Source: a virus
IMG/VR virus record: IMGVR_UViG_3300032304_000956
Span: 5,829-69,828 of that record
Strand: one strand, 5' to 3'
Length of the DNA stretch: 64,000 bases
Shown here: positions 1 to 9,306 of the stretch, piece by piece
How the letters are laid out: each line of letters opens with the position of its first letter
Numbering within the stretch: position 1 is the stretch's first letter
Program-made: the position numbers and the translations under genes
The notes under the pieces: generated by a model
Databases searched by the model: none
Told to the model about the DNA's origin: nothing
What the model saw: the letters and a program-made list of their open reading frames with translations, nothing else

Positions 1-627
1 ACAGAGTGTTGTTTTACCGTGTTTTTTGTATTTGGTGTGAATGTATCCTTCTTCTCCTCCAAATCCTCTGAAATTCTTGTTGAAACCGAGCCAACTATCT
101 TTTCTACAAGCAAAAAGCCCCAATCCTTGCGATGCAATTTCAAAAGGCTCATTATTAGGATCAATTCCTCGGTCATCAGTTCCCCATGTTCCCCACATAT
201 GCGAACGCCACTCTAAATTAAAGTGGGTTGATATGTTTTTCATGTCATCATACAACAATGGACCTTGTAAAAGATTACCTCGATCCTTCCCAGCATCAAA
301 AAACTCAATTAATTTCTTAATAGCGCCTGATTCTACGAACACATGGCTGTCCATACACAATACATAAGGAGTATCAGCCAATTCAAACACTTTATTTCGA
401 ACAATTGTTGAATTATACTTCGTAAATGGCAAATATTGAACAGGTTCTTGTATCCATTCAATATATTCGCGTAATGATTTACCGTGTTTGCTCGTTGGGT
501 TGTTATCAATGATAATAAACTCAACATCATCCAATATTTCCTTATGAAACATTCGAATTGATTGCAATGTAAAATAAATACCGTCAAAATCATCATGGAC
601 AGCCATGCCTATTGTTAATTTTTTCAC
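1..627 (-). CDS. GT2-family glycosyltransferase (runs off the window edge)
   Basis: Not in the ORF track. Manual translation from GTG at 627 gives MKKLTIGMAVHDDFDGIYFTLQSIRMFHKEILDDVEFIIIDNNP...CMDSHV...GFNKNFRGFGGEEGYIH, matching GT-A fold motifs (IIDN, DSH, GGEE). Confidence 0.8.
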   Translation of the reverse strand, partial: MKKLTIGMAVHDDFDGIYFTLQSIRMFHKEILDDVEFIIIDNNPTSKHGKSLREYIEWIQEPVQYLPFTKYNSTIVRNKVFELADTPYVLCMDSHVFVESGAIKKLIEFFDAGKDRGNLLQGPLLYDDMKNISTHFNLEWRSHMWGTWGTDDRGIDPNNEPFEIASQGLGLFACRKDSWLGFNKNFRGFGGEEGYIHTKYKKHGKTTLC

Positions 628-638
628 TTCTGTAATTA

Positions 639-1010
639 TCAGAATCCTAATTTATTGCAACTGCCAGTTTTAATAGAACATTCTAACACCAACGGAGATA
701 TTGTGGTGACTTTAGCGGTTGTTGTGCTTGTAGTGATGTAAATTACAGGACGTAGGGTCGTTGATATGCTAGAAGGGCTTGTAAAGCTTGGTGGTAGGAC
801 GAATGGACGTATCGTTGTTGTTGGAGATAATGTGACTGTTGATACAGGAGGAAATACAGTAGGTGTTGTAGTGGATGTATCTGTAGTGCCAGTTGATGTA
901 TTTGTGGTGCTCTCCGTAGTAGTATTTGTGGTCGGTCCTGCTGTAGTGCTAGTGCTAGTGCTGGTGCTAGTTGAAGTTTCCGGTGGGAATGATGTAGGGT
1001 CATCGGCCAT
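639..1010 (-). CDS. Thr/Ser/Pro-rich mucin-like protein
   Basis: 123-aa ORF dominated by T/S/P runs, co-oriented and tightly packed between tail genes and the glycosyltransferase. Confidence 0.65.
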   Translation of the reverse strand: MADDPTSFPPETSTSTSTSTSTTAGPTTNTTTESTTNTSTGTTDTSTTTPTVFPPVSTVTLSPTTTIRPFVLPPSFTSPSSISTTLRPVIYITTSTTTAKVTTISPLVLECSIKTGSCNKLGF

Positions 1011-1013
1011 ATG

Positions 1014-1826
1014 TTACGGATATACTCCAGATAAAGTGTTATAGGTTAATGATCCCAATGATTGTATCTTTGCAAAAGGAACAATTTCAGTAGTGGTATC
1101 TTGGGCGGTGCCTTGAACATGGAAATTCTTAAAAAACATAGTCGCTGGACTATTTAAAGATGATATTGGGGAACAGAATGTAAATCCAGCCTTCAATCCA
1201 ACTTTCTGCGTCAGATAATCTCCAATATATACAGATGTTAAAGTCTGATAAGATGAATCTGTATCATATTTAAAATCTATCGATATTGTATCTGTGTTTG
1301 CATATCTAAATCGCAACGTTTTGTAAGTTTTGGTAGATGAAAGTATTGAAAATGTTGAGTTAAGACTGGATAATGACACATTGTAAATTACATTATCTGA
1401 TCCTTCTCTTATTATGATACTGTTGCGCTTAGTTTGATCCAATCCAACTCCTCCTCTGTTTGCTGATGACAACGCGAACAATCCAGTAGTGTCAAATGCA
1501 ATACAAAGATCACCAACTGTATCATTTCCGTTATTGCCTTCTAATACAATTCGATTGTAATCTTCAGTAAGAATAAAATCACCAGATTCAGTTACTAAAA
1601 ACGCAGATGCTGGTAAATTATCGCTATATCCGAGATACTGGCCCGGAATGGCGGATGTGTTTTGCGTTCTTGATGTTAAAAACGTGCAAAATCCAGCTTC
1701 AGTTCCAGTCAACGCATATTGAAAACTCCAAGTTATATCATAGCTTGGGTTATATTCATTATTGTTATCAACAAACGCGAAGTATTTCGCATTTGCTGGT
1801 AATTTTATGTCCGCTGGGAAGCTCAT
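1014..1826 (-). CDS. virion structural protein (tail/baseplate associated)
   Basis: FLVTESGDFILTED motif typical of myovirus fibre/baseplate proteins; beta-rich; lies in the structural operon. Confidence 0.55.
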   Translation of the reverse strand: MSFPADIKLPANAKYFAFVDNNNEYNPSYDITWSFQYALTGTEAGFCTFLTSRTQNTSAIPGQYLGYSDNLPASAFLVTESGDFILTEDYNRIVLEGNNGNDTVGDLCIAFDTTGLFALSSANRGGVGLDQTKRNSIIIREGSDNVIYNVSLSSLNSTFSILSSTKTYKTLRFRYANTDTISIDFKYDTDSSYQTLTSVYIGDYLTQKVGLKAGFTFCSPISSLNSPATMFFKNFHVQGTAQDTTTEIVPFAKIQSLGSLTYNTLSGVYP

Positions 1827-2965
1827 ATAGTATCTTTAATCAATACAGTAACAGGTAAGTCATAACGAGCTAATAGATTAGCCAATGAAAAAACTTCAAC
1901 AACACAATATGCGCTGGTCGCTTCAGTAACTTTAGCAAACCAACCAAGTCTATCTGAAATTGTATCTGCGGTTACAAAAGGCATTTGTAGATTAGTAGCA
2001 GGATAAGAGAAGCGGAATGTGCCTCTTGACAATCTTGTTGCTGTTAAAGCTGTGGTATTTGATGTGAAAGTTGATAGTGGAGTAGTGAATGGTCCAACGT
2101 CTTGAATATTAAGAACACCCCATTTTTCACTCCATAGAAGACCGGAAGTTGTTTCAAATATAGTAGTAGCTGCGTTAATAGTTGACAATATGCTAGTATC
2201 AAGTCCCAAAACAATGGTGCTCGTCAATGGGTTTGTCGCCACTCCAGTTATGTTAATACCATTACCAGTTGCAGTTAGACCATTAGTGACTGTTATTGTA
2301 TTTGTGGATATGTCAACAGCTGATAATTTTGTCCAATTAAGAGTTCCATCGGCCTGTATTCTAGCAAAAGTATTATTAACTAATGTAGTCGATGGAAACG
2401 TATAAACACTTCCATTGATTCGCAGATTAGTTGGTAATGTTAGATCTGCTGCGCCTGCTGTTGTGATAACATTAACTGGGATAGTTGAAGACAGTGATAA
2501 TTTATTACTATTAGATGGATTTATGTAAATCGGCGCTGCGGCTGCACTTGGATGAATATTATCTGCTGATATTTGACCTACTCTTACAGAAGTGTTTGAA
2601 ATTAAGATACTTCCGTCACCTGCTGTATAAACTCCACCGATAACTGTCCAGTTTCCAGAAATGCTTCCCGGCAACGCAGTTAATTTGTATAGATACCCCT
2701 CATTGGTCGCAAATGCTAAATCTCCAACTTCCGAAGCTTGATAATCGGTTGCGATATTAGCCAATGTGGTTTGTTCGCCTCTGAATACATTACCAGCTGG
2801 AACTCCACCGTAAGTTGATCCATCTCCAATATATAATCTCTTGGTATCGGTGGAATACCCAAGTTCCCCGACACTTAAAACAATTTGTTTTCGTTGAGAG
2901 TCTGGACCCTGACGAACAATCAATTTCAGGAGAGTGTTTTCGTATATTTCAATAGATTTTGCCAT
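1823..2965 (-). CDS. tail fibre-like protein with Mtd_N-type N-terminal domain
   Basis: LIVRQG...VLSVGELGYSTDTKRLYIGDG matches the major tropism determinant N-terminal motif. Confidence 0.7.
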   Translation of the reverse strand: MAKSIEIYENTLLKLIVRQGPDSQRKQIVLSVGELGYSTDTKRLYIGDGSTYGGVPAGNVFRGEQTTLANIATDYQASEVGDLAFATNEGYLYKLTALPGSISGNWTVIGGVYTAGDGSILISNTSVRVGQISADNIHPSAAAAPIYINPSNSNKLSLSSTIPVNVITTAGAADLTLPTNLRINGSVYTFPSTTLVNNTFARIQADGTLNWTKLSAVDISTNTITVTNGLTATGNGINITGVATNPLTSTIVLGLDTSILSTINAATTIFETTSGLLWSEKWGVLNIQDVGPFTTPLSTFTSNTTALTATRLSRGTFRFSYPATNLQMPFVTADTISDRLGWFAKVTEATSAYCVVEVFSLANLLARYDLPVTVLIKDTI

Positions 2966-2973
2966 ACAATTAA

Positions 2974-4071
2974 TTAGTAAGCGAAGACTGGAATTGCAAA
3001 TCGTCCAACCGTTTTATCTCCAAGTCTGGTGGATGTATCCCCTTCAAATACTAGGAATCCAGCAGATGACAATTGAAGAACAGCTGAAGACAATCCACTT
3101 ACAGAAAGCGCAGTAACAACAGTTCTTGTATAACCGGGAAATGCAGTTAGCCCTTTTGTGATCACACCGTTGTAATTGAAATTGGCACCGTCAACACCTG
3201 ATAAGATATCATAAATAGATGATCTAATAGCAGCAATTCTACCATATTTATCTGACGATATAGCAGCCATTTCATTATAAAATGGGGCTCCCGCTCCCGT
3301 TTTTAAATCTAATGTGCCATTTGCATTTAAATCGAATGCGTCAGTATTGATGCCTGTAATAGCTGTTCTGATGGTAGATGTTGCGTTATCAAGTCGTAAT
3401 CCATTACCAATCCAAGAGCCTGTTAATGTAGGATAACTGAGAGTAGCAACATCCAAATTACCAGTCGCGTCTATCTTCAAGTTGGAAGCTAATTTAAGAC
3501 CCACTTTTCCTCCATTACCACCACTCAAACCATTTGTGAATGATGCGGATGCCAATTCAAATTCTGTGACACCTTGATTGTTAATTTGAAGAGCACTCAA
3601 TCCACTTAATTTGAATTGAGTAGAATCGTAGTTGACTTTAAGAATACCAGAATCAATTTTAAGACCGCCAGTTACATAAGATGGATTGATTTTAATTGGA
3701 AGTATTCCATTATCTTTTAACGTTATGTAATTGTTTGATGACAATTCAAAAAACCTATTGTCAATTCTTGGACCGACTGGATACCAAGATGATATTGAGG
3801 TGTAGGAAGAACCTGTTAATTGATAGAATTGGTTATTAGCATATACCAAATCGCCAACTTGAGAGTTTGTGCTAGTCAAAGAGGCATAACTGTTTGAAAC
3901 AGGATGCACTTTTGATCCCACTACAATACCACCAGATAGCGTTCCAGTCCCTACGAACACTCTACGAGTATCAACAGTATATCCCAACTCACCCTCATCT
4001 AAAATGACGGATTTGCGTTGAGAATCCAGTCCTCTACGAACTTTAAATTTTGTAATTTGAATACTTGACAT
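2974..4071 (-). CDS. tail fibre-like protein with Mtd_N-type N-terminal domain (paralogue)
   Basis: FKVRRG...ILDEGELGYTVDTRRVFVGTG. Confidence 0.7.
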   Translation of the reverse strand: MSSIQITKFKVRRGLDSQRKSVILDEGELGYTVDTRRVFVGTGTLSGGIVVGSKVHPVSNSYASLTSTNSQVGDLVYANNQFYQLTGSSYTSISSWYPVGPRIDNRFFELSSNNYITLKDNGILPIKINPSYVTGGLKIDSGILKVNYDSTQFKLSGLSALQINNQGVTEFELASASFTNGLSGGNGGKVGLKLASNLKIDATGNLDVATLSYPTLTGSWIGNGLRLDNATSTIRTAITGINTDAFDLNANGTLDLKTGAGAPFYNEMAAISSDKYGRIAAIRSSIYDILSGVDGANFNYNGVITKGLTAFPGYTRTVVTALSVSGLSSAVLQLSSAGFLVFEGDTSTRLGDKTVGRFAIPVFAY

Positions 4072-4074
4072 ATA

Positions 4075-4764
4075 TTAAGCGGTTCTTTTCCAAATGTAGA
4101 GACCAAATGAAGGAGGCGTGAGAGATACTGGTGATCCAAGACCGTCAGTTGCTGCTGTATTTCCTACTGTGGATGTTCTACCAAGAGTCGGCGCAGTTGT
4201 GCTACCTCTCAACAAATAAGCTTGGTCAAGTGATACAGCCGCACCGACAGCGACTGACTTACTTTCTGTGAGAGCATTTGCTGATGTCGCTTGAACTATG
4301 TCTGCATTTGAAACATAGTGATAATGCGGAGGCAGATTAGTAGAATCTAGTGACGTTTGGTATTTTCCTTGGTTACTACCAGCGACAACTGTATTTTGAT
4401 TACCTGTTGAATCTGTTCCTGTTCCAACACCAGCGACAAATCGACCATCTGCAATAATTGTCCAAGCACCACCCATGAATGTAGATGGGTTTTGATTTAC
4501 AGCAGTAAAATAAACACTTCCAACAGGGAACAACACATCAATCAACGGTTTGATATCTGTAGATGTTGGGTATGTCACATTACCAGCTGTAAAAGGACCG
4601 CTGATAACGGCCCCTTTATCTTTAGCTCCAAGAGATAGCGCGGTTTGTTTGCCATCGCCATCATAGATATCATCAACTCCTGATGAAGGAACTCCGTCGT
4701 TGGACAAAGTATGTAACAGTGATTTGTAAGTGTCAGAAATAAACTGGTTTTCCAAAGATTTCAT
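4075..4764 (-). CDS. baseplate/tail-collar protein (gp10 C-terminal-like)
   Basis: FPVGSVYFT..NP...GGAW....GRFVAGVG and C-terminal PPSFGLYIWKRTA. Confidence 0.7.
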   Translation of the reverse strand: MKSLENQFISDTYKSLLHTLSNDGVPSSGVDDIYDGDGKQTALSLGAKDKGAVISGPFTAGNVTYPTSTDIKPLIDVLFPVGSVYFTAVNQNPSTFMGGAWTIIADGRFVAGVGTGTDSTGNQNTVVAGSNQGKYQTSLDSTNLPPHYHYVSNADIVQATSANALTESKSVAVGAAVSLDQAYLLRGSTTAPTLGRTSTVGNTAATDGLGSPVSLTPPSFGLYIWKRTA

Positions 4765-4795
4765 TAGTTGTATTTAAGTTACAGATTTGATTATG

Positions 4796-6583
4796 TCAAA
4801 CTAAATTTAGTATTTTAGATTGAATTGCTACTATAGCAAGAAAAATTCTTTGAATAGAAACGATGTTTATCGTTTCGTTTCCGTTGATTAGTGTGTTTTC
4901 CAATTCAAATATTAAATTTTCGATTGGGATTGCATTGAAGCGGGGATCTGTTGATTTTTTAACCTTTGATGAATCTCTCGTTGTCCACAATAATTCATTC
5001 TTGTCGATTGATATGTTTGTTATTTTCCAGATATAATCATCAACTGTTATATTTTTAATAGATTTATAATCTTTGATCTGATAAGCAGTTGTATACAACG
5101 ATAGTAAGTCTTTAATCAGATTCAATATTCCAATATTGAACGCTATCCCTATACTATTGCCGCTACAGTTGAATTGTTTAAATTTTTTAGCCAAGTTTGT
5201 ATCTATTGTAGATGAATACATATCATACCTACCCTTAGAGGCATAAATTCGTCCTATGTTATGCACTATGGAGTATGCATGTCCATTATTTTGAACAGTA
5301 TTGAATGTTAAATTATTAAATCTATTAGATTGCATAGCATTTGAGTTATGCTTAATTTGAATTGTGTTCCAAGTATTCAATGTATCTTTCCAAAGATAAT
5401 CTCGAAGATAAAAATAACTAACATCTCCAGTAACTCCTATTGTGGCGTCAGGATTTGATATGATTCTGGATTCTATTCGTTTCTCAGTATCGACGGTGTG
5501 TGTTATCAAAAACACATCTGAATCCTCTGTTGAGAACGATAAATTATTAACAACATTTATTGTGGAAATTTGTGTTTTTTGTAAACTATTAGTAACATCT
5601 TCAACATCAAAAAAAATAAAATAATCAGAATCTCCATCATTTCCAATTAATATGATAGCGTCGTCATTTTTTCTAATGTCTAATGCTTTTATTGAACTTA
5701 TACCTAGGTCAAAATAGGTTACAGTCTGATAAATTTCATTCGAGTATCTATTTTTTATGTAAATGATATTATCTTTAACTTCAGTTCTCTTATCAGATCC
5801 CATTTTGAAAAAATTTTTAGTTTCTGGTGTTATGGTAGTTGATAAAGAATCTTTAAGAGTCAATGATCCACATATTGCGTATTTAGAAAAATCATATATT
5901 GAAATTTTATCCGTATGATAATAATACAATTCATTATTTGAATAGTCTCCATCAATTCTCAAAACATTTTCATTAGGCGATTGAGTTAGTAATTGGATAG
6001 CTTCTTTATTAACAAAGTCGCCACCTATTGAATAGGTGTTTGTATTGTTCATACAGTAGTATACAAAACTTTCATTTTCACCCATTACAAAAAATCCATC
6101 TGTAATAGTATCTAAAAACGCCCAATCAGGATTACCGGAAAAAGGATCGCTATGAGTATATACATTTTTACCAGTTGGTATGTCATCAGGAGTTCTAATA
6201 TCCAATTCAGTAGATGATAATGTATAAAAATGATTATTGTTGTAATCATATTTGATGAACTCTGGATTTAAATACACATGAGTCTTGAATATTTTTAAAT
6301 TATTATCATTTATATTTTGAAATAGATAATTTAAATTGGTTTCATCTAAAATATCAAATGCGTTTGGTGTAAAAATTGTTAAATCTTCAAAATTACCATC
6401 GAATATTGTCTCTTTCAAAAACAATTCAGTTAAAAATATTGATTTCGGAGTCAATTTCGCGGATTTGTTGGTTGGTTTCTTTTCCGAGTATGCCACACCG
6501 CTCAAGACATGAAAATATCCAGAGTAATCATTACCATTTAAGGTAAATGCATTTCCATTGTCGTATTTGAAGTAATAAATCAT
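4796..6583 (-). CDS. putative virion structural protein
   Basis: 595-aa beta-rich ORF in the baseplate operon. Confidence 0.5.
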   Translation of the reverse strand: MIYYFKYDNGNAFTLNGNDYSGYFHVLSGVAYSEKKPTNKSAKLTPKSIFLTELFLKETIFDGNFEDLTIFTPNAFDILDETNLNYLFQNINDNNLKIFKTHVYLNPEFIKYDYNNNHFYTLSSTELDIRTPDDIPTGKNVYTHSDPFSGNPDWAFLDTITDGFFVMGENESFVYYCMNNTNTYSIGGDFVNKEAIQLLTQSPNENVLRIDGDYSNNELYYYHTDKISIYDFSKYAICGSLTLKDSLSTTITPETKNFFKMGSDKRTEVKDNIIYIKNRYSNEIYQTVTYFDLGISSIKALDIRKNDDAIILIGNDGDSDYFIFFDVEDVTNSLQKTQISTINVVNNLSFSTEDSDVFLITHTVDTEKRIESRIISNPDATIGVTGDVSYFYLRDYLWKDTLNTWNTIQIKHNSNAMQSNRFNNLTFNTVQNNGHAYSIVHNIGRIYASKGRYDMYSSTIDTNLAKKFKQFNCSGNSIGIAFNIGILNLIKDLLSLYTTAYQIKDYKSIKNITVDDYIWKITNISIDKNELLWTTRDSSKVKKSTDPRFNAIPIENLIFELENTLINGNETINIVSIQRIFLAIVAIQSKILNLV

Positions 6584-8787
6584 ATGTAGTTGGTGAACTC
6601 AATTTTATTTATGGTTGTTGTAGCTGGAATATGATTTTTTATATTGGCTTCGATAGTATTTTTTAGAGAATCTAGGATTTCTGGATTTGAAATGTTCAAA
6701 TTGTCAATCGATACATTGATATAGTTACTTTTATTGGTATTCTTTTTACAGAATGATTGCAGATAGGACACATCATCAATGGAATTTCTCATACCACAAG
6801 GTAATGTCAGAACAATATCATCAATTTTTTGTTTTCCTTGCAGTATCGGAAGACTAAATGCTAAATCTTTATCAATAACATCATCCATCAAAATGATATT
6901 TGATATGTTGCGGGTAGGTAGCAACATATCTTGATCATTGTAATCAAAACGTCCATATAGGATCGTTTTATTTGCAAATTGACCAATTACTGTATTGAAT
7001 TCATACACAACTTCATTGTTCATGAAGAAGAATCCCTCACCTGTAAGACTATCATATGCAATACATACAAAGTTATCCTTCAGATATTTGAATTCGAGAG
7101 TCTTTTCAAATTTTAACACGTTGTTTGTAGAGTTATCGAATAAGTTAAGTTGAAATGTGACTGTAGTTGCTGTTTTAGTTACAGTAACTCCACCATCAAC
7201 GCTATTTCTTAAGCTTTTTATAGTCCAAGAATCACCATTGCCAACAAAGTAAAACGAAAATGTCATTTTACCAGATGTGTTTATGTTATCTTGATAATTA
7301 TACGATAAAGTATTACAAGTGATTAAGTTATTATACGAAAACGTATTCTTAAAACGCTCATATACATATTTTGTATTGGGAACAAACGTCAAATCACTTT
7401 TTTTATCAAATATTTTATTTGCCACGATACTTCCACTCAAAACAGAGTTTGAAGATATCAAATTTTCTAAAAGTTGATCATATGTTACGTCAAACACGCC
7501 TTTTGATTGCAATGCTTCTTGTTTTGATATAAAGTCTGGATAATAATATCTATCAACCCACACCTTCTCAGTTCCTGACGGAGAACCAGATAACCAAGTG
7601 CATAAAAATACTCGACCATCATCAGAGTAGTCGTTTCTTTCAAGTCGAAAGACCTTATCAGCATAAAATGGAGTTTGAAATGAGAATGATCCGCTTCTTA
7701 TGAACTTGGTATCATTGACATTCAATGCGCTGAAAGGATACATACTAGATGGTGATACAAACGTGGTTGATCCTGTTGTTATATTATATGGTTGGTTATA
7801 AAACACGTAGCTCAACGCCAATTCAGATGAATTTTCTGAATCAATTGGATTTGTAATAGCACTGTAATCACGAAATTCTTGAACAGCGTTCGTTTCAGAA
7901 GAAGATATCAGGTTCTGACCAGTTGTAAATACATCATCAACTGTAAGTTGATTCTTCAATACTAGAAATTCTTTGTATTCTGATGTATATGGCGAATGAA
8001 ACAGATAATTGTTAGTCAAATTGAAATCGCTTTTAGCATAATCAATAGAATTTGTATTGTTTTGATATGTTATGAACGATGTGTTGAGGTTAAAATCAAA
8101 TGTATATTTACGTGATCTTATAGTTTCGAATTTGTTAATCAATAATAATGACTTATCAGCACCTGATATAGCACTCAACGCTAAACTATTATTATTTTTA
8201 TTCAATATTTTATTGCCACTCGCTTCTGGTTTTATAAAGTAGATATAATTATTTGAATTATCAAATATAAAGATAAATGTTTGAGGTTGAATATCAGAAC
8301 CGTCGTCAGTTAAAAATATATCCCAAATAAAGAATATGTTGTCGTTATTATCAGATACTAGATAATATTTTCTACCCTCATAATCAAATGATATTGTGCA
8401 AGTTTGATCATCTGCAAATTCTAAAAGAAAATAACAGTCGTTGTCGAGAGTATCTGTGAATTGTTGTTCAACATACGAAATGCTTTCGGATATTAAGCTG
8501 CTTTTTTGTAGATATGAATCTCCAAATTTCAAATAGGTCAGCATTTTTTTATTGACGAACGTGTCAAAATTAATATCCAAGAACTCGTCCACCGTTTGAT
8601 CGGTTGATAAGTAAAAATTACTATATTCTTTCGTATTAAAGTCTGTAAATCCTGACAATGCAAGAGGGAAATTGAAAGAATACCCCCCTTGATACTTTCT
8701 AAACACTTGCTTGTATGCAATATCATCCGAGCTTGATTTCCAAGATTTAGATAATAAGTCAGACAATGACTTTACAATAGTTTCCAT
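6580..8787 (-). CDS. putative baseplate/virion structural protein
   Basis: 735-aa ORF with a TAAATA promoter 6 nt upstream; LS[AG] motifs. Confidence 0.5.
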   Translation of the reverse strand: METIVKSLSDLLSKSWKSSSDDIAYKQVFRKYQGGYSFNFPLALSGFTDFNTKEYSNFYLSTDQTVDEFLDINFDTFVNKKMLTYLKFGDSYLQKSSLISESISYVEQQFTDTLDNDCYFLLEFADDQTCTISFDYEGRKYYLVSDNNDNIFFIWDIFLTDDGSDIQPQTFIFIFDNSNNYIYFIKPEASGNKILNKNNNSLALSAISGADKSLLLINKFETIRSRKYTFDFNLNTSFITYQNNTNSIDYAKSDFNLTNNYLFHSPYTSEYKEFLVLKNQLTVDDVFTTGQNLISSSETNAVQEFRDYSAITNPIDSENSSELALSYVFYNQPYNITTGSTTFVSPSSMYPFSALNVNDTKFIRSGSFSFQTPFYADKVFRLERNDYSDDGRVFLCTWLSGSPSGTEKVWVDRYYYPDFISKQEALQSKGVFDVTYDQLLENLISSNSVLSGSIVANKIFDKKSDLTFVPNTKYVYERFKNTFSYNNLITCNTLSYNYQDNINTSGKMTFSFYFVGNGDSWTIKSLRNSVDGGVTVTKTATTVTFQLNLFDNSTNNVLKFEKTLEFKYLKDNFVCIAYDSLTGEGFFFMNNEVVYEFNTVIGQFANKTILYGRFDYNDQDMLLPTRNISNIILMDDVIDKDLAFSLPILQGKQKIDDIVLTLPCGMRNSIDDVSYLQSFCKKNTNKSNYINVSIDNLNISNPEILDSLKNTIEANIKNHIPATTTINKIEFTNYI

Positions 8788-8796
8788 TTGAAATAT

Positions 8797-9306
8797 TTAG
8801 GATTCGGATTCTATTAAGAAGCCACCGCGATCCACAGAAAATACAAATTGTTTTTTGTTGGTGTCTGTTGGTAGAATGTTTGTTTTAAGATGCTTCATAT
8901 CACCAACAGTTTCGAAATAGTCGCCTGTTGTGATTTTGAATGGCTGGACAATCGAACAAACCGATCCATCTATATATTGTATCAATATTTCAGCGGATAA
9001 TTGCTTGAATCTAGCTGATACAGATGGATAATATGTGTGAGATGCTACGTTTAGCAAAACAGAACTTCTAACATTATACAAAACTTCATTGAAAATACTT
9101 TCGGTTCTGTAATTTCTGTATAGTGTGTTATCAAAATACTCTATATTTCCATCGCCCCAGTTGATTGTGAGGTAAAGTGGAATGATTTGTTCAGATATTC
9201 TACTAAGAGTTAAGTTGACTGTGGTTAAATCATACAAATTCTGTTCAGCCTCAATCGCAGTTACGGCTGGTGTTGTTGTGTAGTAAGATAAATCTAAAGT
9301 ATTCAT
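8797..9306 (-). CDS. putative structural protein, PKD-like (INWGDG)
   Basis: WGDG motif; operon context. Confidence 0.45.
   Translation of the reverse strand: MNTLDLSYYTTTPAVTAIEAEQNLYDLTTVNLTLSRISEQIIPLYLTINWGDGNIEYFDNTLYRNYRTESIFNEVLYNVRSSVLLNVASHTYYPSVSARFKQLSAEILIQYIDGSVCSIVQPFKITTGDYFETVGDMKHLKTNILPTDTNKKQFVFSVDRGGFLIESES

Noticed and set aside
19-596. Track ORFs 19-216, 41-367 and 333-596
   Set aside because: They are shadows of the minus-strand glycosyltransferase at 1-627.
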